A DNA stretch of 64,000 nt from an uncultured Candidatus Binatia bacterium (GTDB lineage: Bacteria > Desulfobacterota > Binatia > Bin18), in contig OZ244620.1 in NCBI GenBank assembly GCA_965218395.1, positions 2,961,546 to 3,025,545 on the forward strand, read 5' to 3'. Positions within the stretch are counted from its first letter, which is position 1. Every line of letters starts with the position of its first letter. The notes below the pieces were generated by a model. It was not told where the DNA came from. It made no database searches and saw only the letters and a list, made by a program, of their open reading frames with translations. The position numbers and the translations under genes are program-made. Below are positions 46,559 to 59,388 of this stretch, piece after piece.

Positions 46559-47752
46559 TCACGCCCCGGATTCCCGCGTCGTGTAGACTTCTTGGGCCGC
46601 GCTGACGCCCGCCCCGGCTGGGCAGGCATGACCGTTTTTCCGTAAGACGGCCTCCAGCGCGCTTAAAACGAGCAGCACATTACTGCGGGTGCTGGATTCT
46701 CCCATCAGGCCAATGCGCCAGACTTTTCCGGCGAACACGCCCAAGCCCGCACCGATCTCGATATTGTACTCAGCGAGGAGGTGCTTGCGAACGGTGGCGT
46801 CGTCAATGCCCTCGGGAATGGCGACGCTGTTGAGCATCCAGAGACGGGCTCCTGCCTGGGCAACCAGCCGCATCCCGAGCGCGTTGAGGCCGGCAGAGAG
46901 GGCTAGGTGATTGTGCTTGTGGCGACGAAAACGGGCCACTAAGCCTTCTTCGGAAATCAGCCGTAAGGCTTCCCGCAGGGCGTAGTTCATGGAGATAGGC
47001 GCGGTGTGGTGGTACACGCGTTCCTCACCCCAATATTGTGCAAGCAGGCTCAGGTCCAGATACCAGCTCTGAACCTTATGCCTGCGGTTCCGTAAGACCT
47101 CTTGGGCAGCCGGACTGAAGGTGACGGGCGAGAGGCCGGGCGGACAGCTCAGGCACTTCTGGGTGCCGCTATAACAGACATCAATCTGCCACTCATCTAT
47201 CTTGAGGGGACAGCCGCCGAGCGACGTCACCGCATCAACAAGCAACAGCGCCCCGGCCTCGTGGACGAGCGGCGCGATGTCTGCCAAAGGCTGCCAGGCT
47301 CCGGTTGACGTCTCGGCATTAACGAGCGCCACCAGCTTTGGTCGAGCGCAGCGTTTGAGGGCCGTGCGGACATCGTCCGAGCTAAAGACGGACCCCCAGG
47401 GGGCTTCCATGATGACGGGTGTTCCACCGCAGCGTTGCACCACATCGACCATGCGGGTGCCGAATACGCCGTTGACGCCGATGACGACCTCGTCTCCAGG
47501 TTCGACCATATTCACAAAGCAGGCTTCCATGCCTGCGCTGCCGGTCCCCGAAATCGGGAGGGTGAGGGGATTCGAGGTCTGAAAGACAAACCGGAGGAGG
47601 GCCTTGGTCTCTTCCATCAGCCGAATAAACTCGGGGTCAAGGTGACCAACAAGCGGGGTGGACAGGGCACGCAGGACCCGAGGGTGGACGTTGCTCGGGC
47701 CGGGACCCAACAGGATTCTGGGAGGCGGGGATAACTCACCACAGGCTTCCAT
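46559..47752 (-). CDS. Class V aminotransferase (serine--pyruvate / alanine--glyoxylate type)
   Basis: 397 aa, LLGPGPSNV N-terminus and a PLP fold typical of SGAT/AGXT. Confidence 0.85.
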   Translation of the reverse strand: MEACGELSPPPRILLGPGPSNVHPRVLRALSTPLVGHLDPEFIRLMEETKALLRFVFQTSNPLTLPISGTGSAGMEACFVNMVEPGDEVVIGVNGVFGTRMVDVVQRCGGTPVIMEAPWGSVFSSDDVRTALKRCARPKLVALVNAETSTGAWQPLADIAPLVHEAGALLLVDAVTSLGGCPLKIDEWQIDVCYSGTQKCLSCPPGLSPVTFSPAAQEVLRNRRHKVQSWYLDLSLLAQYWGEERVYHHTAPISMNYALREALRLISEEGLVARFRRHKHNHLALSAGLNALGMRLVAQAGARLWMLNSVAIPEGIDDATVRKHLLAEYNIEIGAGLGVFAGKVWRIGLMGESSTRSNVLLVLSALEAVLRKNGHACPAGAGVSAAQEVYTTRESGA

Positions 47753-47976
47753 ACACTTCCTCTCTGGGCTGTTTTTAGCGACGCTGAAAAAATCCCGGCT
47801 ACGGTACCATGCTCAGACAGGCGGGAAAAGTCAGGGCGGCCCGCCCGGCCATTATGGGACATCCATTCAGAAAATATGCTCTCGTGGGCAGACAGCAGGA
47901 AAGTTTTTTGTTACAAGGCTGAAATACACCATTCTTTACTGGTGTCGGCACGTAGGGGAAGGGAAGAGGGGGCGTA

Positions 47977-48864
47977 ATGACCGTGACGATTCGCCACATG
48001 CTAGCGGAGGACATCCCGCGCGTTGGGGCCGTCATGGTTGCCGCCTTTAACGACGTCTTCCGCCGCCACGGCTACCCCGAGCCGTTTCCGTCGTCGGCCG
48101 CGGGGACATCCATCGCCCAAGGGTATGCGCGGCTTGAGCCCAACGAGTGTTTCACCGCGCTCCAGGCCGGACAGATCGTTGGCTCCGGGTTCATCCATCT
48201 TCGGGGCGATACGGCCGGTATTGGCCCGATTACTGTTGATCCGAAGGCACAGGCCCGAGGGGCCGGACGGGCCCTGATGCAGACCGTGATTGAGGCCGGG
48301 GGAGGGTGTCCTTCGCTCCGGCTGGTCCAAGATGCATTTAACGTGGCGTCCTTTCCGTTGTATAGCTCGCTCGGGTTTGAGGTGCGTGGCACGATCGCTT
48401 CACTGGTTGGACAGCATATTCAGGCCGATGCCCCCGGGAATGTTGAAATTCGGGAGTGGCGAGCGGAGGATATCGAACACCTGGCGACACTGGATACGCG
48501 CTTGACCGGTATCGGGCGTGCACAAGACCTGCGGTTTTTCCACGCCCAGCCGCCGCATATTACCGCCCTCGTTCAGGGCAAGCTCGCGGGCTATCTGTGT
48601 TGCCTGCGCACGGAGGCGGGGACGTTTTTCGGTCCTGCCGCGGCAACCCAAGCCTCGGTCTTACGTGCCCTGATTCTGTCCGCGGCTGAGCGAGAGCAGG
48701 GGAAGGCCCTGCGGATGCGTTTTCCTGTCCGACACGCACTATTATTGCGAGAGTTGCTCGCCGTGGGCTTCCGGGTGGAAACCCTCCAGACCTATATGGT
48801 GCGCGGGGCGTGGCAGACCCCGGACGGGGTGGAGTTGTTGGCGCTCTTTCCGGAGGCGCTGTAG
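47977..48864 (+). CDS. GNAT-family acetyltransferase
   Basis: GNAT fold (QARGAGRALMQ). Confidence 0.7.
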   Translation: MTVTIRHMLAEDIPRVGAVMVAAFNDVFRRHGYPEPFPSSAAGTSIAQGYARLEPNECFTALQAGQIVGSGFIHLRGDTAGIGPITVDPKAQARGAGRALMQTVIEAGGGCPSLRLVQDAFNVASFPLYSSLGFEVRGTIASLVGQHIQADAPGNVEIREWRAEDIEHLATLDTRLTGIGRAQDLRFFHAQPPHITALVQGKLAGYLCCLRTEAGTFFGPAAATQASVLRALILSAAEREQGKALRMRFPVRHALLLRELLAVGFRVETLQTYMVRGAWQTPDGVELLALFPEAL

Positions 48865-48883
48865 GGATAAAAGGGAAGCGGGT

Positions 48884-49936
48884 ATGCCGACACTCAACGG
48901 AACCGACCTCGGGCTTTTCCCCACAATGGGCGTCGGCTCCTATGCCTCACCCTCGTGGTTGATTGCGACCAAAAGAGCCCTCCGAGCCGGGACCGCCGGA
49001 CCGGCAGATGTCGAAGAAGCCATTCAGGACGCGGTAAAAATGGCAGTCTGGGACCAGGAAGAAGCCGGGCTGGACATTCTGACCGATGGTGAGATTCGTC
49101 GCCAGCGCTTTCTGTGGAACGTGGTCGAAAAATTAGCCGGACTCAATATGGTCCGGGCGCAGCGTAAGCTCGGTATCATGAGCTATGACAGTGCGCCGCG
49201 TTTTGAGACAACCGAACGGGTCAGTGCCCCTGACGGCTTCGGGTTAGTGGGCGAATTTACCTTTGTCCAAGCCCAAACCGATAAACCGCTCAAAGTCTGC
49301 TGCCCCGGTCCGCTCACGATCGCCCTGCCCATCCGGCTCAAGGCGGGCTATCCGCAGGGCGACTATCTGCCCCTCCTGTACGACCTGGCGGAACTCGTGA
49401 ATCGGGAACTCCGCGGTGTTGTTGCGGCTGGTGCGACCTTTATTCAGCTGGACGAACCGTCCGCCGTGGGTCGGGAGCCCGCCCTGTCCATCGAAGAAAC
49501 GGTGAAGCTGTTCAATACAACCCTGGAGGGTGTGGAGGCCAAAATCGCCCTCCACGTCTGCTTTGGCAATAATCAGGGCCGGCCGGCCATGAAGCGGACG
49601 TATAAACCGCTGTTCCCCGGCATTCTTGACGTGAAGGTCGATCAATTTGCACTGGAATTTGCGAATCGAGAAATGGCCGAGCTGGCGCTCTGGAGCCAAT
49701 ACGGCGATGAGCGTGAGTTTGCGGCTGGGGTCATTGATGTGAAGTCCATGTACCTGGAGACGGCGGAAGATGTGGCCGAGCGTATTCGTCTGACGCTTGA
49801 ACATGTGAATCCGGAAAAGCTCTACCTGACCTGTGATTGTGGTTTTTCTGCGTCGTCCCGGAATTTAGCCCGAGCCAAGCTGGGAGCCCTGGTGGCAGGA
49901 GCCCGGCTTGTCCGACGAGAGATCAGTGGAGCGTAA
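48884..49936 (+). CDS. MetE C-terminal-domain-like (cobalamin-independent methionine synthase II family) protein
   Basis: UROD/MetE-like TIM-barrel blocks (ILTDGEIRR...HVCFGN). 350 aa. Confidence 0.75.
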   Translation: MPTLNGTDLGLFPTMGVGSYASPSWLIATKRALRAGTAGPADVEEAIQDAVKMAVWDQEEAGLDILTDGEIRRQRFLWNVVEKLAGLNMVRAQRKLGIMSYDSAPRFETTERVSAPDGFGLVGEFTFVQAQTDKPLKVCCPGPLTIALPIRLKAGYPQGDYLPLLYDLAELVNRELRGVVAAGATFIQLDEPSAVGREPALSIEETVKLFNTTLEGVEAKIALHVCFGNNQGRPAMKRTYKPLFPGILDVKVDQFALEFANREMAELALWSQYGDEREFAAGVIDVKSMYLETAEDVAERIRLTLEHVNPEKLYLTCDCGFSASSRNLARAKLGALVAGARLVRREISGA

Positions 49937-50420
49937 ATCATCCAAACGATTTGTCCCCTCCATCCCCGCCTCGCCTGGTTGGGATGAGGAGTGGCCCGGC
50001 GAACAGCCCGGAGGTGGCCTGCCGGAAGAGTCCCCCCTGCCGGTGCCCAGCCCGCAGGTGACCATGGGGACGTGCGAGGTCTGGTGCATCAGCCCCGAGG
50101 GCTATGAATGCCGTCTGGAAATGCCGGTTGATGGTGCCGGCGGTATGGCCGCCGTGATCGTCGAGCTCGAAGCGATGGGTTTTACCCCTCGCCAACCAAA
50201 AATAAAGTCCGCTCCACGGCCTCAGCACCAGCAGCCTGAACCCCAGCACCAGCAGCCTATTCCCCCTCCACCCCAGACCGAGCCCAGCCCGCCGTGGTGT
50301 GACGATCATGGCTGTTTGTTCAAACTCTTTCGCAAAAACGGTCGGCGTTGGTGGGCGCACTATGACGAAGCCGGTGGTCGCTGGTGTAACTCGCCGATTC
50401 CCGTGCGGGATGGAGGGTAG
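49908..50420 (+). CDS. Hypothetical Pro/Gln-rich protein
   Basis: This ORF overlaps the end of the preceding gene. It has a PQHQQPEPQHQQP repeat and a Cys/Trp-rich C-terminus. Weak coding evidence. Confidence 0.3.
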   Translation: MSDERSVERKSSKRFVPSIPASPGWDEEWPGEQPGGGLPEESPLPVPSPQVTMGTCEVWCISPEGYECRLEMPVDGAGGMAAVIVELEAMGFTPRQPKIKSAPRPQHQQPEPQHQQPIPPPPQTEPSPPWCDDHGCLFKLFRKNGRRWWAHYDEAGGRWCNSPIPVRDGG

Positions 50421-50424
50421 ACCT

Positions 50425-51102
50425 TCATCCGTCCGAGTGCTGAGCGGGCCGCAGGTTCGACAGCGCAGCCTCCACTCTGTCTAAACGCTGAAGAATTTCC
50501 CGTTGTGGGTCGGCGCGTAAATAGCCCTGCTCAAGCAGTTGGATAAAATTGCTGGCCACCTCATCGGCAGACAGTCGCCCTTCGGGTTGGTACCACTGAT
50601 ACAGCCAGTTACACATGCCGAGAATGGCAAACGACACCAGCTTGGCCGGGAGCGGGGCGAGGCGTCCGGCTTTGACGCCCGCCGCAATAACCTCCTCAAT
50701 AAGCCCATCATACACCCGTCGTTCGGCGCGCGCCCGCTCGGCAATCTCCCCTGGTAGATTACTCTCTTCACTAAAAAAAACCGTCAGAAAATTGCGGTGA
50801 TCGGCCATGAGACGAACCTGATGCCGGATAATCTGCCGCAGCTTGGCTTCGGGCGTGATGGGCTGCAAACAAATCTGGCGCAGGTCGCGCTGAAAAATGG
50901 CAATCGAACGCTCAAACACCCGAATCAGCAGCTCTTCTTTACTCGGACAGTAGCGATACAGGGTAACCCGGGAAATTCCCAAGCGCTCGGCAATGGTTTC
51001 GAGCGTGGTTGCGCGGTAACCCTGTTCGCCGAAACAGTCTGCCGCGGCTTGCAGGACTGCTTCTTCGCGCAGGGCCCGGGCGCGTCCGTTCTTTGTCGCC
51101 AT
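50425..51102 (-). CDS. TetR-family transcriptional regulator
   Basis: N-terminal HTH (TLETIAERLGISRVTLYRY). Confidence 0.9.
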   Translation of the reverse strand: MATKNGRARALREEAVLQAAADCFGEQGYRATTLETIAERLGISRVTLYRYCPSKEELLIRVFERSIAIFQRDLRQICLQPITPEAKLRQIIRHQVRLMADHRNFLTVFFSEESNLPGEIAERARAERRVYDGLIEEVIAAGVKAGRLAPLPAKLVSFAILGMCNWLYQWYQPEGRLSADEVASNFIQLLEQGYLRADPQREILQRLDRVEAALSNLRPAQHSDG

Positions 51103-51204
51103 GCCCTGCGCTTACTGGATTCCCTGCGTCCATGCAAGCTGCCCTGTCTCTGAGGAGGCGGACAGGCGCTGCCTCCGATGAGCACCCGCAACTCTTGCGT
51201 CTCT

Positions 51205-51215
51205 TGGTCAGACCA
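51205..51215. promoter_or_regulatory. Candidate TetR operator, palindrome TGGTCAGACCA
   Basis: Perfect 11-bp palindrome in the divergent TetR/cupin intergenic region. Confidence 0.25.
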
Positions 51216-51261
51216 GGCTAAGGAAGAAGCATCAGGTGAGAAGACCGCTAAGGAGGGGCCC

Positions 51262-51786
51262 ATGGCAAACATCCACGTCTCAAAAGAAGCGATGCTCGAA
51301 CGCGTTGCCCGTTTTGGAGAGCTCAAGTCCAGCGCGCAGGCATTTGTTGATAGCAAGATCCCCGGCCACGAACGGGATATCTATAATGTGATTGGCCGCG
51401 GCGTCACCGAGGATACCAATCTCAACCCCGCGATTACCGCGGTCCAGGACTTTAACGTCACCTATGTTGGCGCGAGTCCGGGCAAAGGCGCGGCGCTGCA
51501 CAGTCACAGCACGATTGAAGTGTTTATCCCGCTGTCAGGGAAATGGTCCATCTACTGGGGCGACCAGGGGGAACAGGAAGTGATCCTGGACGCCTGGGAT
51601 ACGGTCTCGGTCCCGCCCGACGTGATGCGCGGATTTAAAAATGTCGGCGACGCAGACGCGCATCTGATGGCTATTCTGGGCGGAACCGACGCCGGTCATG
51701 TGGCCTGGGCTCCGCAGGTGCTTGCGCAAGCACAGCAGACGAATCTCAGGCTCGATGAGCAGGGGAATTTGCTGCCGAACGATTAG
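51262..51786 (+). CDS. Cupin-domain protein
   Basis: Two-His cupin motifs (ALHSHSTIEVFIPLSG). AAGGAGG RBS. Confidence 0.75.
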   Translation: MANIHVSKEAMLERVARFGELKSSAQAFVDSKIPGHERDIYNVIGRGVTEDTNLNPAITAVQDFNVTYVGASPGKGAALHSHSTIEVFIPLSGKWSIYWGDQGEQEVILDAWDTVSVPPDVMRGFKNVGDADAHLMAILGGTDAGHVAWAPQVLAQAQQTNLRLDEQGNLLPND

Positions 51787-52547
51787 TGTGTGCTCTCGGG
51801 CTTCTCGAAATACGCCTGCGCGGCGGCCAGGCTGCGACGCTGATGATAGGCAAGTTCGTCCTCAGGATAGCGATGCTCCCGGCCGTAGACGCAGGTGTAG
51901 CGGGCGTGACAGCGCTCGGCGCACTCGGTCGGTACGCGCAGGCGATGCTGTGTACAGGCAAGCCGGTCCCAGCCGTGTGCGGCGCTGACGGCCTGGGCCG
52001 GACAGGCGGCGATACAGGGACGCTCCACGCAGGTGGAACACGGCTCGAAGCCTTGGGCCGGGGCCGGGAGCGCCGCTAAGTCGCGATCAATCAAAACCGC
52101 AGCGCGCCAGGCCAGCCAGGGGCCATACCGAGGATGGAGTTGGACGCCGAGGATACTTGGCCGCGATAGCCTGGCCGCCTGAGCTAAGTGCATGAAGGAT
52201 ACGGTCAGGCCGCTGAAAAACTGAAACGGATAGATAAGGCGATACTGAGCGCGGGCCGCGTCTAAAAGCGGAGTCAGCCGCGCCCTCAGCACTGCGACGG
52301 TGTAGGCATCCAGCGGATGGTCATGCTGCTGGAAATAGCCCGGCCGCGCCTCGGCATACTCCCGAAAGCGTTTCCAAAATGCTCCACCGCCATTCCCAAT
52401 AACAATGACGGTCTCGGTCTCAGGAAATCGCGGCTTGAGATGATACTGCGACGGCACCAGGGCTTCATACTCAGACCGCGCCGTTGTCCCGATGAGGTTG
52501 AGTCCGACAGGAGCGAGGGCTGCCATGATATCCTGGAGAAGATCCAT
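51783..52547 (-). CDS. QueG-related Fe-S protein (DUF1730-like block plus a 4Fe-4S motif), short form
   Basis: AARLSRPSILGVQLHPRYGPWLAWRAAVLIDRDL resembles the QueG GLGWIGKNSLLI..GSWFFLGEILTDL block. CSTCVERPCIAACP matches the QueG Fer4 motif. The protein lacks the C-terminal HEAT-like region. Confidence 0.55.
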   Translation of the reverse strand: MDLLQDIMAALAPVGLNLIGTTARSEYEALVPSQYHLKPRFPETETVIVIGNGGGAFWKRFREYAEARPGYFQQHDHPLDAYTVAVLRARLTPLLDAARAQYRLIYPFQFFSGLTVSFMHLAQAARLSRPSILGVQLHPRYGPWLAWRAAVLIDRDLAALPAPAQGFEPCSTCVERPCIAACPAQAVSAAHGWDRLACTQHRLRVPTECAERCHARYTCVYGREHRYPEDELAYHQRRSLAAAQAYFEKPESTH

Positions 52548-52562
52548 AGATGTCTGCCTTCA

Positions 52563-53357
52563 TTAATAGCGGACGGCAACCAGGAACAGGCCGTGCGGCG
52601 GTGCGTTCAGTCCGGCCCGAGAGCGGTCGCGCGCCGCAAAGACGGCGGCAAATTCGTCCAGGCTCACAGCGCCGCGGCCAACGTCTACCAGGCTGCCGAC
52701 AATATTCCTGACCATATGGCGCACAAATGACCGAGCCTCGACAGTATACACCAGAAAATCGCGCTCGCGACAGACGGCACTGTGCATCATCGTGCGCCAC
52801 GGTGTGCGTTCCACGGAGTCTGCGCCCTGAAAAGACGAAAAATTGTGATGCCCGATGAGCAGGGCCGCGGCTGCATTCATCGCCCCCTGATCCAAAGGAT
52901 AGGGGATATGCCACGAGTAACGGGCATGAACGGCCGAGGGGGAGGGCCGGTTCCAGATGCGATACTGATAGGTCCTGCTGTGCGCGTCGTAGCGCGGATG
53001 AAACGTGTCCGCCACCTCGCTGATCGTCCGGATGGAAATATCTGAGGGCAGAACCGAGTTGAGGCTGTGCTGAAACCGCACCAGATTGAGCGGAGTGGCA
53101 ACCTGAAAAGTGGCCACCTGGCCCAGCGCATGAACCCCCGCATCTGTTCGCCCGGCCACCCGCAGGCGAATGGGCGTATTCAGAATCCGGGATAAGACGG
53201 CTTCGAGTGTCCCCTGAACAGTGGCGCCCGTGGGCTGAATCTGCCAGCCGTGATAGTTGGTGCCATCGTATTCGAGCAGCAGTTTGTAATGCACGGGTAT
53301 GGTGTCTGGAGAGCGGTCTGCGCCCGGCCGGTCCGGGCACCAGAAAAAGGCCCGCAC
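52563..53357 (-). CDS. truA: tRNA pseudouridine(38-40) synthase
   Basis: YKLLLEYDGTNYHGWQIQ and RTDAGVHALGQV catalytic Asp motif. The start is uncertain. The ORF extends to 53477, which would overlap the upstream gene, so a GTG at 53357 is chosen. Confidence 0.85.
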   Translation of the reverse strand: MRAFFWCPDRPGADRSPDTIPVHYKLLLEYDGTNYHGWQIQPTGATVQGTLEAVLSRILNTPIRLRVAGRTDAGVHALGQVATFQVATPLNLVRFQHSLNSVLPSDISIRTISEVADTFHPRYDAHSRTYQYRIWNRPSPSAVHARYSWHIPYPLDQGAMNAAAALLIGHHNFSSFQGADSVERTPWRTMMHSAVCRERDFLVYTVEARSFVRHMVRNIVGSLVDVGRGAVSLDEFAAVFAARDRSRAGLNAPPHGLFLVAVRY

Positions 53358-53400
53358 TAGCTGCGGGCCTGTGGGTCTCGCGTTGTCAGTCCGCCAAGCG

Positions 53401-54567
53401 CTACTGTCCCAGCTTATAGACCTCGGCCACGTTTGCCCCGATGACCTGCTGCCGGGCCGTTTCGGACAGCGGCGCAACCAGCCGTTTCAGGGCCGGCATA
53501 TACTGGTCGCTATGGTCCGGATGGGGGAAGTCCGACGCCCAGAAGAATTTGTCCGCCCCGACGTATTCGATAATGTTCTGCAAGGCTTTTTCGTCCGGGT
53601 CGGCCGAGATCCAGCACTGGCGCTGAAAATAAAAGCTGGGCTGCTCCTTGAGTTGGGTCGAATGGGCCAGCGGGCCCTCAAACACGGCGTCCATCCGGTC
53701 GAGCAGATAGCCAATCCAGCCGGCCTGGGATTCGAGCACGACGGCCTTCACCGTGGGGAAGCGCTCGAACACACCGTGGTGAAAGAGCGACACAAACGCC
53801 TGCTGCACGTTTTGGGCGGCCAACACATCAAAATACCAGTTGAAGTCGATCGGCTCCGTTGGTATGAGTTCTTCAAAGCGCCCGTGGGTCATGAACTGGA
53901 TGGGTTCAAAGGTTGGATGTAGGGCAATCGGCACGTCCAACTCCTGCGCCTTTGCCCAGACCGGGTCATAGTCCGGGTGGCCGTGCGATTTCCTCGTCCA
54001 GGTAAACGGCGCGAAAAAAGCGCCTTTGCAACCCGCCTTGACCGCCCGCTCCAGCTCTGTCGCCGCCTCGTTGGCATCCGTGCCGGACAGATGGGCGATG
54101 GGAATGAGGCGACCGCCCGACTCGGAGCAGAAGTCCACAATCCAGCGGTTATAGGCCCGGCAATAGGCGGCTGAGATTTCCGGGTCCTGGATCTCACTCT
54201 CCCATAACAGCCCGATGGTGGGGTAGAGAATCGATTTCGCCAGCCCTTCGCCATTAATCCGCTCTACGCGTTCCTTGGCGTCCATCGAGCCAAACGGCGC
54301 GCCATCAATATAGCGGCGGTCCGGACCTGGTACGATATCCGGCTGGCCCATGGCGCCCAGAATGCCGGGGAAACCGCGTTCGCACAGTCGGGACGGTTTG
54401 CCATCAAACTCAAAATACTCCCAGCCTTCATCGTCCGTTTTAATCCGAATGGCCCGCTCGCGGTATTGCGGCTCAAGATACTGCTCCCACAAATCGGGCG
54501 GCTCCAGAATATGGCCATCACAATCGATGGAACCCTCAAGGCTGACCTCACCGTTCGCTGCTGACAT
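53401..54567 (-). CDS. Amidohydrolase-2 family metal-dependent hydrolase (ACMSD-like)
   Basis: CDGHILEPPDLWEQYL N-terminal His/Asp motif, TIM-barrel amidohydrolase blocks. Confidence 0.85.
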   Translation of the reverse strand: MSAANGEVSLEGSIDCDGHILEPPDLWEQYLEPQYRERAIRIKTDDEGWEYFEFDGKPSRLCERGFPGILGAMGQPDIVPGPDRRYIDGAPFGSMDAKERVERINGEGLAKSILYPTIGLLWESEIQDPEISAAYCRAYNRWIVDFCSESGGRLIPIAHLSGTDANEAATELERAVKAGCKGAFFAPFTWTRKSHGHPDYDPVWAKAQELDVPIALHPTFEPIQFMTHGRFEELIPTEPIDFNWYFDVLAAQNVQQAFVSLFHHGVFERFPTVKAVVLESQAGWIGYLLDRMDAVFEGPLAHSTQLKEQPSFYFQRQCWISADPDEKALQNIIEYVGADKFFWASDFPHPDHSDQYMPALKRLVAPLSETARQQVIGANVAEVYKLGQ

Positions 54568-54785
54568 ACGACCCTCCTCTTATTGCTGCTGTTAGTGCTG
54601 CTGTGTTCGGTTGTATCCCCTTCCCTTACCGAGAATCCCCCAAAAATACTAGCTGGCAAAAAGCCTGGGACATACGCTCCTGGTGTGAGGTGAGCTGCCC
54701 CGCCCGCCCGGAGTGCCCTAGTCCTCCAGCCGGAGAACTGGTAAAGGAAGCGACAGGCTGTATTGGAAGACAAGGAGTTTTGCGC

Positions 54786-54968
54786 ATGCTTGGGACAGTA
54801 TTAGGAATAGGCCTTGGGGTGGTCATACTTGTCGGGGCCTGGTCCGCTGCGAGCCTTGCCGACGGGTTCGTATCAACCGGGGCCGTGACGCTGGGCGTCT
54901 TGGGGGCACTCAGCGTGGCCGTGTTTGTTTCATTGCTGGCCAACGCGGGCCATCAGGAGCCGGAGTAA
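54786..54968 (+). CDS. Small two-TM membrane protein
   Basis: 60 aa following an AAGGAG RBS (MLGTVLGIGLGVVILVGAW...). Confidence 0.35.
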   Translation: MLGTVLGIGLGVVILVGAWSAASLADGFVSTGAVTLGVLGALSVAVFVSLLANAGHQEPE

Positions 54969-55093
54969 GAGCCGGGCGCGGGCTTCTTGCCCCTCACTCT
55001 TCGTTTTGGGTCGGAGTGGGCTGTTCAGGCATGATGCGTCCCGCCAGGCGAGGGACCCTGTCGCGGTCGCCGATGTGCTGCATCCTTGCGGGA

Positions 55094-55123
55094 TTGACAG
55101 CCGAACAGCGGGGCGGGTAAGTA
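55094..55123 (+). promoter_or_regulatory. Sigma70-type promoter for tRNA-Leu (TTGACA-N18-TAAGTA)
   Basis: Perfect -35. The -10 lies ~15 nt upstream of the mature tRNA 5' end. Confidence 0.45.
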
Positions 55124-55138
55124 CTTCACGTACTTTGC

Positions 55139-55222
<84 letters not shown>

Positions 55223-55228
55223 TAGGTC

Positions 55229-55265
55229 AGGGGGCTTTTCTCAAAAAGAGGGAAGCCCCTTTTTA
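55229..55265 (+). terminator. Rho-independent terminator after tRNA-Leu
   Basis: AGGGGCTT...AAGCCCCT stem followed by TTTTT. Confidence 0.6.
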
Positions 55266-55331
55266 CTGGGATGCTGATACAACAGACCGCCTGTTTCAGC
55301 GTATGAGTCTGCTTTCCCAAGGAGCGAGTTG

Positions 55332-58604
<3,273 letters not shown>

Positions 58605-58654
58605 ACGGTTGACGCTCCTTTACGTCAGACTGCGATAAATACACCGCTTGATTA

Positions 58655-58691
58655 TTTCTCCTTACCCGCATAGGTTTTTTGTAAGGAGAAA
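58655..58691 (+). promoter_or_regulatory. 10-bp perfect inverted repeat TTTCTCCTTA-N17-TAAGGAGAAA overlapping the vapB RBS
   Basis: The 3' arm contains the AAGGAG Shine-Dalgarno of vapB. Candidate operator or RBS-sequestering hairpin. Confidence 0.3.
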
Positions 58692-58695
58692 CATC

Positions 58696-58947
58696 ATGGT
58701 GGTAAAGATCACATCAAAGCGACAGGTCACATTCCCGGCGAGGGTGCTGGACGCGCTCGGGGTAGGTCCCGGCGACCAACTCGAACTGGAAGAAGGCCCT
58801 GACGGCTTCATTTTACGCCCGCGACGGATAGATTTGTCTCGGCTCGGGGGGCTTCGCGACAAGATTCCACCCGGACATCCGCCGTTCGACATCCGCAAGT
58901 TCCGGGACCAGCGGGAACAAGGACATGGCCCTGCACTACGGTATTGA
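58696..58947 (+). CDS. vapB: AbrB/MazE/SpoVT-type antitoxin VapB
   Basis: MVVKITSKRQVTFPARVLDALGVGPGDQLELEE swapped-hairpin domain. Confidence 0.75.
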   Translation: MVVKITSKRQVTFPARVLDALGVGPGDQLELEEGPDGFILRPRRIDLSRLGGLRDKIPPGHPPFDIRKFRDQREQGHGPALRY

Positions 58948-59320
58948 TACCTCGGTGCTCGTACGGCTGCTCACCGGCGAGCCTCCCGACGCATTTGCGC
59001 ACTGTGTGGAACGACTGAATGCGCTCGTTGTCAGCGGCGCGGAGATATTCGCGTCGAATCAGGTTATCGGAGAAGCCTACGTCGCGGTCCAGCACCACTA
59101 CCACGTATCTGAGACCGATGCCCGTTCGGAGTTGTCAAGAGCGCTGACCAGCGGTCTGGTTGCCCCTCTCAACGGGCGGGCCGTTATTGAGGCCCTGGAA
59201 GCGTCAGGCGGCCCCGGTCTGTTCGACCGCCTCATCGCTGACGACTATTCCCGCGCTGGTCTAGAAGTCCTGACGCTGGACCGCAAGATGGCTGCCTTGT
59301 CCGATGTCCGGCGTCTGTAG
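58925..59320 (+). CDS. vapC: PIN-domain toxin VapC
   Basis: MALHYGIDTSVLVRLL N-terminal acidic PIN motif. Overlaps vapB by 23 nt. Confidence 0.8.
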   Translation: MALHYGIDTSVLVRLLTGEPPDAFAHCVERLNALVVSGAEIFASNQVIGEAYVAVQHHYHVSETDARSELSRALTSGLVAPLNGRAVIEALEASGGPGLFDRLIADDYSRAGLEVLTLDRKMAALSDVRRL

Positions 59321-59388
59321 GCCGAGGATTGAGGATGTAGGGAAACACTTTCAGAGTGTGAATGGTTAGCTGAATACTATTGTAGGAG

